From Candidatus Omnitrophota bacterium (GTDB lineage Bacteria; Omnitrophota; Gorgyraeia; Gygaellales; Profunditerraquicolaceae): a stretch of DNA of 64,000 nucleotides. Positions 1 through 10,388 of the stretch are shown here, one piece after another. Made by a program: the position numbers and the translations under genes. How positions within the stretch are numbered: the first letter of the stretch is position 1; the number at the start of each line of letters is the position of its first letter. The DNA is taken from NCBI GenBank assembly GCA_041653955.1, contig JBAZEH010000004.1, positions 5,191-69,190 of the forward strand. The letters run 5' to 3'. Below the pieces are notes generated by a model that saw only the letters and a list, made by a program, of their open reading frames with translations, did no database searches and was not told where the DNA came from.

Positions 1-191
1 CGAATGTGCGTGTGATCAGGACGTATGTCCCCCTGGCAGAAATATTTAATTACGCCACCGTATCAAGATCCTTGACACAAGGCCGCGCATCCTATACAAT
101 GGAGCCTTCGTTTTATTCCGAGGTGCCTTCACATATAGCGGAAAAGATCATTACAGGTTTTACGTCCAGCGGTTCAAGAAAAACATTGTAA
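1..191 (+). CDS. fusA: elongation factor G, C-terminal fragment (gene begins upstream of window)
   Basis: Translation ...[24 protein letters not shown]... matches the conserved EF-G C-terminus; it sits directly upstream of tuf as in the str operon. Confidence 0.85.
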   Translation, partial: NVRVIRTYVPLAEIFNYATVSRSLTQGRASYTMEPSFYSEVPSHIAEKIITGFTSSGSRKTL

Positions 192-215
192 TAAGATATA
201 GGAGGAGGTGCGAGA

Positions 216-1418
216 ATGGCTAAAGAGAAATTTGTAAGGACAAAACCGCATGTCAATATCGGCACCATCGGCCATATTGACCACGGCAAGACTACACTCA
301 CGGCGGCTATCACCCGGGTGCTTTCTAAACTCGGTAAAGCTACCGCGAGAGATTACGCCGATATCGCCAAGGGCGGCACGGTAAGAGATGAGACAAAAGT
401 AGTCACTATTTCTGTTGCTCACGTAGAATACGAAACAGACACGCGCCACTACGCGCACATAGATTGCCCGGGACACGCCGATTATATCAAGAACATGATC
501 ACCGGCGCCGCGCAGATGGACGGCGCGATACTGGTAGTTTCGGCCGCCGACGGCCCGATGCCCCAGACCAGAGAACATATACTTCTGGCGAGGCAGGTCA
601 ATGTCCCTGCAATGGTAGTGTTCTTAAATAAAGTTGACCTGGTTACAGACGCTGAGTTGCTTGACCTGGTAGAGATGGAAGTAAGGGAACTCCTGACAAA
701 ATACGGCTATCCGGGAGACAAGACCCCTATTATCAGAGGCAGCTCATCCAAGGCGATGGCAACCGATGACCCCAACAGCGCCGATGCGAAGCCTATCCTG
801 GATCTTATGAAGGCTGTGGATGATTTCATACCTATGCCTACCAGAGACCTCGATAAGCCGCTGCTCATGGCGGTTGAGGATGTCTTCAGCATAGAAGGCA
901 GGGGAACAGTAGGCACAGGAAGGATAGAGCGCGGCAAGGTCAAGCTGAACGACGAAGTAGAGTTGGTCGGCTTAAGGCCCGAAGTAAAGAAGACAGTCGT
1001 CACCGGCATAGAAATGTTCAGGAAACTCCTGGATGAAGGCCAGGCAGGCGATAATGTCGGGCTATTGCTTCGCGGTGTGGATAAGGATACTATCGAGCGC
1101 GGTATGGTTATAGCGGCTCCTAAATCCATCACTCCACACACAAAGTTCAAGGCGCAGGTTTATATCCTCGCCAAAGAAGAGGGTGGAAGGCACACTCCGT
1201 TCTTCGCCGGTTATAGGCCGCAGTTCTATTTCCGCACCACCGATGTTACGGGAAGCACGAAACTTCCCGAGGGAGTAGAAATGGTCATGCCCGGGGATAA
1301 CGTTAACCTGGAAATAGAACTGATAACTCCTATCGCTATGGAAAAAGAGTCGCGTTTTGCTATCCGCGAAGGCGGACGCACCGTAGGGGCAGGGGTTGTA
1401 ACGGAGATCATCGCTTAA
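216..1418 (+). CDS. tuf: elongation factor Tu
   Basis: 400 aa; [18 protein letters not shown] and NKVD GTPase motifs; strong RBS aggaggaggtg. Confidence 0.97.
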   Translation: MAKEKFVRTKPHVNIGTIGHIDHGKTTLTAAITRVLSKLGKATARDYADIAKGGTVRDETKVVTISVAHVEYETDTRHYAHIDCPGHADYIKNMITGAAQMDGAILVVSAADGPMPQTREHILLARQVNVPAMVVFLNKVDLVTDAELLDLVEMEVRELLTKYGYPGDKTPIIRGSSSKAMATDDPNSADAKPILDLMKAVDDFIPMPTRDLDKPLLMAVEDVFSIEGRGTVGTGRIERGKVKLNDEVELVGLRPEVKKTVVTGIEMFRKLLDEGQAGDNVGLLLRGVDKDTIERGMVIAAPKSITPHTKFKAQVYILAKEEGGRHTPFFAGYRPQFYFRTTDVTGSTKLPEGVEMVMPGDNVNLEIELITPIAMEKESRFAIREGGRTVGAGVVTEIIA

Positions 1419-1425
1419 AAAAAGT

Positions 1426-1731
1426 ATGAACACGCAAAAGATCCGCATAAAACTTAAAGCATACGATCATCGCCTTTTGGACCAGGCGGTAGAAGAGATA
1501 GTTGAGACCGTAAAGAGCACAGGCGCCAAGATATCGGGGCCTGTGCCCTTACCTACCAAAAGGGAGATATATACGGTATTGCGCTCTCCGGTGATCGATA
1601 AGAAATCGCGTGAACAGTTTGGTCTTTCCACGCATAAACGCCTTATCGATATATTTGAGCCGACGTCTAAAACTATAGACTCGCTCAGAAAATTGAATCT
1701 GCCCGCAGGCGTTGATGTTGAAATTAAGTAA
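1426..1731 (+). CDS. rpsJ: 30S ribosomal protein S10
   Basis: 101 aa, [19 protein letters not shown]... canonical S10. Confidence 0.95.
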   Translation: MNTQKIRIKLKAYDHRLLDQAVEEIVETVKSTGAKISGPVPLPTKREIYTVLRSPVIDKKSREQFGLSTHKRLIDIFEPTSKTIDSLRKLNLPAGVDVEIK

Positions 1732-1736
1732 GGCCA

Positions 1737-1827
1737 CGGTTTATGGAGCGTAAGCGACATAAACCGCAAGGCCAAGCTTACACCGGGCATTTTTAAGAAA
1801 CACAAAGTTGTTCAAAAATGCCCGGTG
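1737..1827 (+). promoter_or_regulatory. two stem-loops (9-bp stem at 1737-1766; 14-bp perfect stem caccgggcattttt/aaaaatgcccggtg at 1781-1827) in the 136-nt rpsJ-rplC spacer
   Basis: Perfect inverted repeats read directly in the sequence; there is no U-tract after them. Confidence 0.5.
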
Positions 1828-1867
1828 TTGAGGGATGAATAAACAAGATTAGAGGGTAATATATAAT

Positions 1868-2494
1868 ATGACCGGTATCTTAGGAAAAAAATTAGGAATG
1901 TCGCAGGTTTACACGGGAGACGGCAATACGCTGGTCGCGGTCACGGTCATTGAAGCTGGGCCATGCCCTGTTTTGGCTGTGAGGGATAAGAATATACAGC
2001 TTGGGTTTGATGCCGCGCGCGAGAAATCCCTGAAAAGGCCCACGGCAAAATATTTCGCCAAATTGAATATTTCTCCCCGTAAGTTCATCAGGGAAGTATC
2101 TAAGGAAACCGGTAAGGAGTATAAGGTCGGAGAGGAAGTAAAGGCCGATATCTTTAAGGCCGGCGATTTTGTGGATGTGACAGGGGTTTCCCTCGGTAAA
2201 GGGTTCCAGGGAGGCATGAAACGCTGGAATTGGAAGGGGGGGCCGCAAACGCACGGCTCTACTTCCCATCGCCGCATAGGTTCAATTGGCGCGAGCACCA
2301 CTCCGGGAAGGGTGTGGAAGGGGCAGCATCTCCCCGGCCATATGGGTGCCCGCAGGGTGACTGCTCAAAGCCTTAAAGTGGTAAAAGTAGACATGGAGAA
2401 TAATCTTCTCCTGGTAAGAGGGGCGGTACCGGGTTATAAAAACAGTTATCTGATTATTAAACAGGCAAAAAAGAAGAAACCACAGAGTAAATAA
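1868..2494 (+). CDS. rplC: 50S ribosomal protein L3
   Basis: 208 aa; MTGILGKKLGMSQVY... L3 signature. Confidence 0.95.
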   Translation: MTGILGKKLGMSQVYTGDGNTLVAVTVIEAGPCPVLAVRDKNIQLGFDAAREKSLKRPTAKYFAKLNISPRKFIREVSKETGKEYKVGEEVKADIFKAGDFVDVTGVSLGKGFQGGMKRWNWKGGPQTHGSTSHRRIGSIGASTTPGRVWKGQHLPGHMGARRVTAQSLKVVKVDMENNLLLVRGAVPGYKNSYLIIKQAKKKKPQSK

Positions 2495-3120
2495 TGGTAA
2501 CCTTACCTATATATAATACAGAAGGAAAAGAGATAGATACCCATAAACTTGACGGGATATTTGACGGCAAGGTGAATAAGGATATATTACACCAGGCGAT
2601 AACGGCTTACAGGGCTAATCAGAGAAGAGGGTTGGCTGCCGTAAAGACGATGGGTGAAGTCTCGGGAGGCGGACGCAAGCCATGGAAACAGAAAGGCACA
2701 GGGCGCGCCAGGGCAGGCTCCATACGTTCTCCTTTGTGGAGGCACGGAGGGGTTGTATTCGGCCCTATCCCCAGAGATTTCTCATATACGATACCCGAGA
2801 AAATAAAGAAGCTGGCGCTATTGTCGGCCCTGAACGCCAAGATAAATGAGAGTAACTTTATGCTCATTGACGCCTTGAAGTTAGAGCAGCCCAAGACAAA
2901 GGAAGCGGCCAAGGTTTTATCCAATCTTAAGATAAAGGGGGTCAAGGCCCTTTTATTGCTTGAAAAAGCGGAACAGAAAGTAAAGATAGCTTCGCGCAAT
3001 ATAGATACTTTAACTATTAACCAGGCGCAGGATACCAACGCATACGAGGTCTTATCGGTTAAGAAGATAGTCGTTACCAAAGAAGCGCTGCGCGCGTTAA
3101 CGAGCAGGTTAAAAAGATGA
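2494..3120 (+). CDS. rplD: 50S ribosomal protein L4
   Basis: 208 aa; L4 family; start overlaps the rplC stop. Confidence 0.93.
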   Translation: MVTLPIYNTEGKEIDTHKLDGIFDGKVNKDILHQAITAYRANQRRGLAAVKTMGEVSGGGRKPWKQKGTGRARAGSIRSPLWRHGGVVFGPIPRDFSYTIPEKIKKLALLSALNAKINESNFMLIDALKLEQPKTKEAAKVLSNLKIKGVKALLLLEKAEQKVKIASRNIDTLTINQAQDTNAYEVLSVKKIVVTKEALRALTSRLKR

Positions 3121-3398
3121 ATCGTTTGTCGCATGAAATAATAAAAGCATTATTAAGGACCGAAAAATCTACTTTATACGAGCCATACGGCCAGTATCTT
3201 TTTCTGGTGGATAAGGCGGCGAACAAGATACAGATAAAGAAAGCTGTGGAAGAGATATATAAGGTCAAGGTAAAGACGGTGAACACGCTTATATCGGCGG
3301 GTAAATTAAAGAAGGTCAGGTACCAGATAGGGAAAACCCCGGATACCAAACAAGCGATAGTCACCTTAAAAGAAGGGCAAAAGATAGCAACCGCGTAA
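3117..3398 (+). CDS. rplW: 50S ribosomal protein L23
   Basis: 93 aa; L23 family; 4-nt overlap with rplD. Confidence 0.92.
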   Translation: MNRLSHEIIKALLRTEKSTLYEPYGQYLFLVDKAANKIQIKKAVEEIYKVKVKTVNTLISAGKLKKVRYQIGKTPDTKQAIVTLKEGQKIATA

Positions 3399-3404
3399 AA
3401 TACT

Positions 3405-4238
3405 ATGGGAATAAAAAGATATAAACCTACTACGCCTTCAAGGCGCTGGATCACCGGTAATGATTTTGTGGAGATCACCAAGAGCAGGCCAGAGAAGTCA
3501 TTGACAGTCCCTGTTAAGAGGACCGGAGGCAGGAATGCCTACGGCCGCATAACGGTAAGGCATAAGGGCGGGGGGCACAAGAGGCTGCTGCGCATCATAG
3601 ATTTTAAGAGGGACCTTATGGAGGTACCGGGCAAGGTGATGTCAATAGAATATGACCCGAACCGTACAGCCAGGATCGCCTTGATAGAATATCCCGGTAA
3701 GGGGAAGAAATATATTGTCTGCCCGGATGGTTTAAAGGTAGGCAGCGAGATCATCTCTTCTAACGACAAGAGCGCTGAAATCAAGCCCGGCAATTGCCTT
3801 CTGCTTCGGCATATCCCTTCGGGGACCATGATACATAATCTAGAGATGGTAAAAGGTATGGGCGGACAGATCGTAAGGAGCGCCGGTTCATCCGCGCAAA
3901 TAATGGCAAAGGAAGATGAATTTGCCCATGTAAAGCTTCCCTCGGGCGAGGTAAGGCGCGTAAGCCTGGATTGTCACGCCACCGTAGGGCAGGTAAGCAA
4001 TATAGAGCATGAAGCGATATCGTGGGGTAAGGCGGGAAGGATGCGCTGGAGAGGTATCAGGCCGACCGTAAGAGGGCTTGCAATGAACCCGGTAGACCAT
4101 CCTCACGGAGGAGGCGAGGGTAAGTCCGGACAGGGTAACCCTCATCCTGTAACGCCCTGGGGTAAACCCACCAAAGGATATAAGACCAGAAAGAAAAGAA
4201 AGTATTCCGATAAGTTCATCGTCAAGAGGAGATCATAA
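3405..4238 (+). CDS. rplB: 50S ribosomal protein L2
   Basis: 277 aa; [14 protein letters not shown]..., GGGHKR motif. Confidence 0.96.
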   Translation: MGIKRYKPTTPSRRWITGNDFVEITKSRPEKSLTVPVKRTGGRNAYGRITVRHKGGGHKRLLRIIDFKRDLMEVPGKVMSIEYDPNRTARIALIEYPGKGKKYIVCPDGLKVGSEIISSNDKSAEIKPGNCLLLRHIPSGTMIHNLEMVKGMGGQIVRSAGSSAQIMAKEDEFAHVKLPSGEVRRVSLDCHATVGQVSNIEHEAISWGKAGRMRWRGIRPTVRGLAMNPVDHPHGGGEGKSGQGNPHPVTPWGKPTKGYKTRKKRKYSDKFIVKRRS

Positions 4239-4241
4239 AAT

Positions 4242-4529
4242 ATGCCACGCTCGCTTAAAAAAGGTCCTTTTGTAGAAGGAAGATTGGTAGAGAAGGCTGA
4301 AAGAGCAAGACGCTCCGGAGTGCGCCAGGCGATCAAGACCTGGTCAAGGCGTTCAACGATACTTCCGGATTTTGTCGGCTTGACCTTCGCGGTACATGAC
4401 GGGAAAAAACATGTCCCTGTTTTTATAACGGAAAATATGGTCGGGCATAAATTAGGGGAGATGGCCCCCAGCCGCATATTCAGGAAACACGGCGGCGTCA
4501 AAGCTAAGAAGGCCGCAGATAAAACCTAA
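4242..4529 (+). CDS. rpsS: 30S ribosomal protein S19
   Basis: 95 aa; [11 protein letters not shown]... canonical S19. Confidence 0.96.
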   Translation: MPRSLKKGPFVEGRLVEKAERARRSGVRQAIKTWSRRSTILPDFVGLTFAVHDGKKHVPVFITENMVGHKLGEMAPSRIFRKHGGVKAKKAADKT

Positions 4530-4535
4530 AATAAA

Positions 4536-4874
4536 ATGATAGCAAAAGCGCAGGTAAAATTCATAAGGATATCACCCGTAAAGGTAAGGCAGGTAATAGA
4601 GCTGATACGCCATAAGGATGTCGCAACCGCCATAGCCCTGCTTAATAATATCAATAAGGGCCCGCGCGCCCATTTATTGAAGATATTAAAACAGGCCTCC
4701 GCTAACGCGAAGGTCAAAGGTTTTGGCCCGGAGAAGCTTTATATATCCAAGCTGATCTGCGATGAGGGCCCAAGATGGAAAAGGTTCAAGGCGGCCGCAT
4801 TCGGAAGGGCGTCTTCTATCAGGAAAAGGACATCGCATATAAATATAGAGCTTGATATTAAGCCCGGGGCTTAA
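4536..4874 (+). CDS. rplV: 50S ribosomal protein L22
   Basis: 112 aa; L22 family. Confidence 0.93.
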   Translation: MIAKAQVKFIRISPVKVRQVIELIRHKDVATAIALLNNINKGPRAHLLKILKQASANAKVKGFGPEKLYISKLICDEGPRWKRFKAAAFGRASSIRKRTSHINIELDIKPGA

Positions 4875-4990
4875 ATACCCGAACTTAATTGAGAGTTCGG
4901 TATGCCCTTTCTGGGCTAATACCCGAATTTAATTGAGAGTTCGGTATGCCCTTTCTGGGCTAATACCCGAATTTAATTGAGAGTTCGGTA
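4872..4990 (+). repeat. direct tandem repeat, 2.7 copies of a 43-46-nt unit (copy starts 4872, 4918, 4961), each with an internal hairpin (ccgaa[c/t]t...agttcgg); fills the rplV-rpsC spacer
   Basis: Units taa(a)tacccgaa[c/t]ttaattgagagttcggtatgccctttctgggc read directly; the first copy begins at the rplV stop codon. Confidence 0.9.
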
Positions 4991-5015
4991 TACGCTACTG
5001 CGTAAGGAGTAATTA

Positions 5016-5705
5016 ATGGGACAAAAGGTACATCCGTTTTTACAAAGAATAGGTTTTATCAGGACATGGCACAGCAGGTGGTTTGCGACCCCCAGGGATT
5101 ACGCCAAGTTCATCAAAGAAGATTATGACATCAGGAAGTTCGTCAAGGCCAGGTTCAAGCAGGCGGCGGTCTCCAAGATAATAATAGAGAGGCTGGCTGA
5201 ACGGATAAAGATTAGAATATTCAGCGCGAGGCCCGGCATAATCATAGGCCGCCATGGTTCGGATATAGAGCGCCTGCGTGAAGACTTAAGTAACCTGATT
5301 AAAAGAGAGTTCTCCATAGATATAGAAGAGGTAAAAAACCCGGCGTTGGACGCGCAGCTGGTAGCTGAAAACGTGGCATTGCAGCTTGAAAAAAGAATAG
5401 CCTTCCGCAGGGCGATAAAGAGGGCGATAGAGCAGACGATGAATTCCGGCGCCGAAGGGATAAAGGTGGTTTGTTCCGGAAGGCTCGGAGGCGCGGAGAT
5501 GTCGCGCACGGAAACATACAAGCAGGGTAAGATACCGCTTGCTACCTTACGCGCGGATATAGATTACGGTTTCGCGGAGAGCCTTACCACATACGGCTTG
5601 ATCGGGATCAAATCCTGGATATATAAAGGCGAAATACTCGTAAAGAAATCCGTTGAAGACAAAGTAAAAGAAGATATTGAAGCCGGGACGCAAAATCCGG
5701 CTTAA
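5016..5705 (+). CDS. rpsC: 30S ribosomal protein S3
   Basis: 229 aa; MGQKVHPFLQRIG... KH domain; RBS aaggag. Confidence 0.96.
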   Translation: MGQKVHPFLQRIGFIRTWHSRWFATPRDYAKFIKEDYDIRKFVKARFKQAAVSKIIIERLAERIKIRIFSARPGIIIGRHGSDIERLREDLSNLIKREFSIDIEEVKNPALDAQLVAENVALQLEKRIAFRRAIKRAIEQTMNSGAEGIKVVCSGRLGGAEMSRTETYKQGKIPLATLRADIDYGFAESLTTYGLIGIKSWIYKGEILVKKSVEDKVKEDIEAGTQNPA

Positions 5706-5724
5706 GAAAGGGCGGGTATAAAAA

Positions 5725-6141
5725 GTGGTTTTAATGCCAAAAAGAGTAAAATACCGCAAGTTGCAGCGCGGCACAAAAAGGGGGGTAGCTACTTCCGGAG
5801 CCGAACTCTCTTTTGGTGAATTCGGGCTTAAAACTTTAGAGAACGGATGGTTAAAGAATACGCAGATAGAGGCTGTTCGCGTTATACTCGCCAGGCAGCT
5901 GCATAGAGGCGGAAAACTATGGATCAGGGTTTTTCCGGATAAGTCCATAACCAAAAAACCCGCCGAAGTCCGCATGGGCAAGGGCAAGGGAGACCTCGAT
6001 CATTGGGTGGCAGTCGTAAAAAGAGGGCGCATACTCTTTGAATTAGGAGGTGTGCCGGAGGAGTTCGCGCGCATGTGTTTCAGGCTTGCGGCTTACAAGA
6101 TACCCTTTAAAACAAAGTTCGTAACGCGCACGCACAGATAA
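5725..6141 (+). CDS. rplP: 50S ribosomal protein L16 (GTG start at 5725 or ATG at 5734)
   Basis: (V)[14 protein letters not shown]... L16 signature. Confidence 0.93.
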   Translation: MVLMPKRVKYRKLQRGTKRGVATSGAELSFGEFGLKTLENGWLKNTQIEAVRVILARQLHRGGKLWIRVFPDKSITKKPAEVRMGKGKGDLDHWVAVVKRGRILFELGGVPEEFARMCFRLAAYKIPFKTKFVTRTHR

Positions 6142-6146
6142 ATATT

Positions 6147-6332
6147 ATGAAAGCAAAAGAATTACGTAATCTTTCCAAGGAAGAATTGCTGCAGAAAGAA
6201 AGGTCGCTCAAAGAAGAGCTGTTTAAGCTGAATATGCAGCGTTACGCAGGAAGGGTCGATAAGCCGCATATGTTTTCCCTTCTTAAAAGAGATATAGCCA
6301 GGATAAAGACTTTATTAAGGGAAAAGAAATAA
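6147..6332 (+). CDS. rpmC: 50S ribosomal protein L29
   Basis: 61 aa; MKAKELRNLSKEEL... L29. Confidence 0.92.
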   Translation: MKAKELRNLSKEELLQKERSLKEELFKLNMQRYAGRVDKPHMFSLLKRDIARIKTLLREKK

Positions 6333-6355
6333 TAAACCGAAAGGTATAACGCGAA

Positions 6356-6637
6356 ATGAGCAAAAGAAGAAGTTTCACGGGAGAGGTTGTCTCGGATAAG
6401 ATGCAGAAAACGATCATCGTCAGGGTCATGCAGATGAGCAAGCACCCTAAGTACGGAAGGATCGTCAAGAAATATAATAAATTCAAGGCGCACGATGAGA
6501 AGAATACCGCCAGGACAGGCGATGTGGTAAAGATAGAAGAGACCAGGCCTCTGTCAAAAGATAAGCGTTTCAGGTTTATAGGGGTGGTCAGAAAAGCCGA
6601 GATACCTCATGTTAACATTAAGGAGCAGGCAGAATGA
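6356..6637 (+). CDS. rpsQ: 30S ribosomal protein S17
   Basis: 93 aa; S17 OB-fold family. Confidence 0.93.
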   Translation: MSKRRSFTGEVVSDKMQKTIIVRVMQMSKHPKYGRIVKKYNKFKAHDEKNTARTGDVVKIEETRPLSKDKRFRFIGVVRKAEIPHVNIKEQAE

Positions 6638-7002
6638 TACAGTTACGCAGTATTCTTGATATCGCGGACAATACCGGCGCAAAGCGCGCTTCCTTTATAG
6701 CGGTTACGGGTAAAAAGAACTGCGATTTCGCGCAGCTCGGAGACGTGATCACGGTCAACGTAAAAGAGACAGCCCCGGAGGCAACCGTAAAGAAGGGGGA
6801 GGTAGCCAAGGCCGTGATAGTAAGGACGAAAGAGGCCGTAAAGCGTTCGGATGGTTCCGTCTTGAGATTTGACCGTAACGCTATTGTATTCATAGACGCG
6901 CAGAGGAACCCGAGAGGGACCAGGGTCTTTGGGCCGGTAGCAAGAGAGCTAAGGGAGAAGAATTTTACCAAGATAATATCCCTGGCTCCGGAAGTAATAT
7001 AA
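6634..7002 (+). CDS. rplN: 50S ribosomal protein L14
   Basis: 122 aa; MIQLRSILDIADNTGAK... L14. Confidence 0.96.
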   Translation: MIQLRSILDIADNTGAKRASFIAVTGKKNCDFAQLGDVITVNVKETAPEATVKKGEVAKAVIVRTKEAVKRSDGSVLRFDRNAIVFIDAQRNPRGTRVFGPVARELREKNFTKIISLAPEVI

Positions 7003-7012
7003 GGGATAAAAA

Positions 7013-7324
7013 ATGCACAAGATAAAAAAAGGCGATACAGTAGAGGTAATAAAAGGCAAGGATAGAGGCAAAAAGGGCAAGGTCCTTAGGGTCCTGGCCG
7101 CTGATAGCCGCGCCATAGTTGAAGGTATTAATATGGTCAAGAAGCATATGCGGCGCAGGCGCGAGGATGAAAAGGGCGGTATCGTGCCCATTGAAATGCC
7201 GATCAATATGGCTAATCTTATGCTTTTCTGCAAAAGCTGTAACCGCGCAAAAAGGTCAGGATTTACGCTCTTGAAGGATGGCAGCAAGGCCAGGATATGC
7301 AGAACATGCAAAGAGGTGATATAA
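7013..7324 (+). CDS. rplX: 50S ribosomal protein L24
   Basis: 103 aa; KOW motif [22 protein letters not shown]. Confidence 0.93.
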   Translation: MHKIKKGDTVEVIKGKDRGKKGKVLRVLAADSRAIVEGINMVKKHMRRRREDEKGGIVPIEMPINMANLMLFCKSCNRAKRSGFTLLKDGSKARICRTCKEVI

Positions 7325-7326
7325 CT

Positions 7327-7881
7327 ATGGTACCGCGTTTGTTGGAAAAATACAGGAATGAGATCATACCGGGAATGATGGAGGCTTTTTCCATCAAGAA
7401 CAAGATGGCTGTCCCGCATCTGGATAAGATAGTCATAAATATGGGTATAGGTGAAGCGTTGCAGGATATCAAGATCCTGGATAAGGCGATGGAAGAGCTT
7501 GCGACGATCACCGGACAAAGGCCCATAGTAAGGCGGGCAAAAAAGGCCATAGCAAACTTTAAGATCAGGAAAGGGCAGGCAATAGGCTGCAAAGTAACAT
7601 TAAGGCGCAAGATAATGTATGAATTTATGGATAGGCTTATAAGCATAGCCTTGCCGCGTATACGCGATTTCAGGGGCGTATCCGCCGATTCATTTGACCA
7701 GGCCGGCAATTACAGCCTGGGGCTTACCGAGCAAGGCATATTCCCGGAGATAGATTATGACAAATTGAGCCGGACGCAAGGTATGGATATAACCTTCGTG
7801 ATAAAAAATTCTAAAAGTAAAGAACAGTCAAAAGAGCTTTTAAGGCTGTTCGGGATGCCTTTCAGCACAGGAGAGGATTAA
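7327..7881 (+). CDS. rplE: 50S ribosomal protein L5 (start taken at ATG 7327, [13 protein letters not shown]; the ORF track's upstream 7297 is unlikely)
   Basis: L5 N-terminus conserved from 7327; that start sits 3 nt after the rplX stop. Confidence 0.93.
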   Translation: MVPRLLEKYRNEIIPGMMEAFSIKNKMAVPHLDKIVINMGIGEALQDIKILDKAMEELATITGQRPIVRRAKKAIANFKIRKGQAIGCKVTLRRKIMYEFMDRLISIALPRIRDFRGVSADSFDQAGNYSLGLTEQGIFPEIDYDKLSRTQGMDITFVIKNSKSKEQSKELLRLFGMPFSTGED

Positions 7882-7895
7882 ACGAGGATATAAGT

Positions 7896-8081
7896 ATGGC
7901 CAAGAATTCACAGATAGCAAGATGGAAGAGGCCGGCCAAATTTTCCAGCCGCAAGTATAACCGTTGCAGCATCTGCGGCAGGTCGGGAGGTTATTTAAGA
8001 AGGTTTCAGCTTTGCCGTATATGTTTCAGGGAATTGGCGTGGCAGGGGATGATCCCGGGGGTAAAGAAGGCAAGCTGGTAA
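7896..8081 (+). CDS. rpsN: 30S ribosomal protein S14, type Z (zinc-ribbon)
   Basis: 61 aa; CSICG...CRICFRE Cys4 motif. Confidence 0.93.
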   Translation: MAKNSQIARWKRPAKFSSRKYNRCSICGRSGGYLRRFQLCRICFRELAWQGMIPGVKKASW

Positions 8082-8111
8082 TAAATAAAACAATAAGGAA
8101 TTGGGGGCAAA

Positions 8112-8507
8112 ATGTCTCGGACTGATCTGATCGCAGATACTTTTACTATGATCCGCAACGCCATTATGGCGAAAAAGGAAAACCTGGATGTACCCGCATC
8201 CAAACAGTTGACCTCTATCCTGGATATAATTAAAAAAGAGGGGTATATAGATAATTTTAAGCTTGTAGACGATAAGAAGCGCGGATACCTTAGGGTATAT
8301 TTAAAGTACGTTATGGGCAAATCCGCGATAAAGAGCATAAAACGGGTATCAAGGCCGGGGTTACGCGTATACGTGAATCACGGGAAGATCCCGCGCGTTT
8401 TAAGGGGTAAAGGGCTTGCGATTATCTCTACCTCTAAAGGCGTTATGACCGATGACGATGCCAGAAAATCAGGATTAGGCGGAGAAGTCATCGGGTATAT
8501 ATGGTAA
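8112..8507 (+). CDS. rpsH: 30S ribosomal protein S8
   Basis: 131 aa; S8 family. Confidence 0.94.
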   Translation: MSRTDLIADTFTMIRNAIMAKKENLDVPASKQLTSILDIIKKEGYIDNFKLVDDKKRGYLRVYLKYVMGKSAIKSIKRVSRPGLRVYVNHGKIPRVLRGKGLAIISTSKGVMTDDDARKSGLGGEVIGYIW

Positions 8508-8521
8508 GAATAGGATAAGAT

Positions 8522-9070
8522 ATGTCAAGGATAGGCAAGAAATCAATAGTTATTCCAAAAGAAGTAAAGGTTGAGGTCACTGACGGGGTAGTTTCAGTTA
8601 CCGGCCCTAAAGGGTCGCTGAAGCTGGCTCTTTCCGGGCGCATATCCGCGGAGGTAAGCGAAGGGCAGGTCATTTTGAAAAGGCCCTCTGATACCAAGCT
8701 GGATAAATCGCAGCATGGCCTTTGCCGCGCCCTGGTATCCAATATGGTCAAAGGCGTCACAGAAGGTTATGTTAAGGAGCTTGAGATAATCGGGGTAGGT
8801 TTCCGCGCGCAGGTGCAGGGAAACACCCTGAGCATGCAGCTGGGTTATTCGCATCCCGTAAATTTCCCCATACCGGAAGGCATAAAGATAGAGGCCCCTA
8901 AAAATACGCAGGTCATAATAAGGGGTATAGATAAAGAAAAGGTCGGAGAGATAGCTGCCGAGATAAGGGCCGCGTATCCTCCTGAACCATACAAAGGCAA
9001 AGGCGTGCGTTATGCCGGAGAATATGTCAAGAAGAAGGTCGGCAAGGCGCAGGCGACAACATCTAAATAA
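8522..9070 (+). CDS. rplF: 50S ribosomal protein L6
   Basis: 182 aa; MSRIGKKSIVIPKEVKV... L6. Confidence 0.95.
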   Translation: MSRIGKKSIVIPKEVKVEVTDGVVSVTGPKGSLKLALSGRISAEVSEGQVILKRPSDTKLDKSQHGLCRALVSNMVKGVTEGYVKELEIIGVGFRAQVQGNTLSMQLGYSHPVNFPIPEGIKIEAPKNTQVIIRGIDKEKVGEIAAEIRAAYPPEPYKGKGVRYAGEYVKKKVGKAQATTSK

Positions 9071-9072
9071 CC

Positions 9073-9435
9073 ATGAAAAAAAAGAAAGAGATAGTAAGGA
9101 ATAAAAGGCATCGGCGCATACGCATGCGTATGTTCGGCACGCAGGAACGCCCCCGCCTTATTGTGCACCGTTCCCTGAAGAATTTCTCCGCTCAGATCAT
9201 AGATGATACGGACAGCAGGACGATATTCTCATTATCCACGCAGGATAAGGAGATAAAAGACAAGTTTGCTTCTCCCGGAAATGTCAAGGCTTCGGAGTTT
9301 TTCGGGGAGGTTTTTGCGAGGAAGGCTAAAGAAAAAGGCGTAAGCAAGATCGTATTTGACCGCGCCGGTTACCTCTATATGGGGAGGGTCAGGGCTTTTG
9401 CCGACGCATTAAGAAAAGGCGGATTGGAGTTCTAA
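9073..9435 (+). CDS. rplR: 50S ribosomal protein L18
   Basis: 120 aa; L18 family. Confidence 0.93.
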   Translation: MKKKKEIVRNKRHRRIRMRMFGTQERPRLIVHRSLKNFSAQIIDDTDSRTIFSLSTQDKEIKDKFASPGNVKASEFFGEVFARKAKEKGVSKIVFDRAGYLYMGRVRAFADALRKGGLEF

Positions 9436-9439
9436 AAAA

Positions 9440-9904
9440 ATGCAGGAAATTAATATTGAACAGCGTCAGGAATTTGTAGAGAAAGTTATTACCATTAACC
9501 GCGTAACTAAAGTTACTAAGGGCGGTAAAAAAATGTCTTTCAGCGCCCTGGTAGTCGTGGGCGACACCAAGGGGCGCATGGCATTTGCCTTAGGCAAGGC
9601 AAATGAAGTAGCGGATGCCATCCGCAAAGGCCTTTTAAAAGCGAAGAAAGAACTGTTCCGTGTCCCTATGGAGGGCTCGACTATACCTCATGAGATAATA
9701 GGAGAATACGGGGCTGCCAAAGTGCTGCTTAAACCCGCTTCTGAAGGGACGGGGGTTATAGCTGCCGGACCGGTGAGGGCGGTATGCGAAGCGGCCGGCA
9801 TAAAAGATATCTTAACCAAATGCCTTAGGTCAAATACCCCGCTGAACGTCATCAAGGCGACGGTAGAAGGCTTAAAGAACCTGAAAACAGAGAGAAATGG
9901 ATAA
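9440..9904 (+). CDS. rpsE: 30S ribosomal protein S5
   Basis: 154 aa; S5 dsRBD plus C-terminal domain. Confidence 0.95.
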   Translation: MQEINIEQRQEFVEKVITINRVTKVTKGGKKMSFSALVVVGDTKGRMAFALGKANEVADAIRKGLLKAKKELFRVPMEGSTIPHEIIGEYGAAKVLLKPASEGTGVIAAGPVRAVCEAAGIKDILTKCLRSNTPLNVIKATVEGLKNLKTERNG

Positions 9905-10388
9905 AAAGAAGATAAAGAGCAAGAAGGCGGCGGTCATTTTAACAGGTATTAATAATATTAAGGCTCCGGCAGGCAGCCATAAGCGCAAAAAAATACTCGG
10001 CCGCGGCACAAGCTCCGGGCACGGGAAAACTTCCACGCGCGGCAGTAAGGGCCAAACCTCGCGCTCCGGAAAACATAAATACTTAGGGTTTGAGGGCGGA
10101 CAGACCCCTCTGATACGCAGGTTACCGAAACGCGGCTTTATAAGCAGGTTCAAGAAAGAGTACCAGCTTATACACTTGGAAGACTTAAACAGGATAAAGG
10201 AGCAGAATATAAGCCTCCAGATCCTTAAAGAAAAGGGTTTGATCAAAGACACAACAAAGCTGGTTAAGATATTAAGCGATGGTGAGTTGAAAAACCCTGT
10301 GACCGTCCAGGCGCACGCGGTATCAAAGAAAGCATTTGAGAAGATCAAGAGTGCCGGCGGTAACGTAGAATTGATAGCCAAGTGTTAG
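9897..10388 (+). CDS. rplO: 50S ribosomal protein L15, with a longer lysine-rich N-terminus (no rpmD/L30 between S5 and L15)
   Basis: 163 aa; [16 protein letters not shown]15 motif; overlaps the rpsE 3' end by 8 nt. Confidence 0.9.
   Translation: MDKKKIKSKKAAVILTGINNIKAPAGSHKRKKILGRGTSSGHGKTSTRGSKGQTSRSGKHKYLGFEGGQTPLIRRLPKRGFISRFKKEYQLIHLEDLNRIKEQNISLQILKEKGLIKDTTKLVKILSDGELKNPVTVQAHAVSKKAFEKIKSAGGNVELIAKC

Noticed and set aside
174-1448. Minus-strand ORFs (174-578, 707-1150, 1062-1448) overlapping tuf
   Set aside because: They lie antisense to a highly conserved, strongly expressed gene, have no RBS and are low-complexity translations; typical shadow ORFs. The same applies to the many antisense or alternative-frame ORFs inside the other annotated genes.
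4872-4990. Tandem repeats as a possible CRISPR array
   Set aside because: Units are directly contiguous with no spacers, number only 2.7 copies and are not near cas genes; they are not CRISPR.
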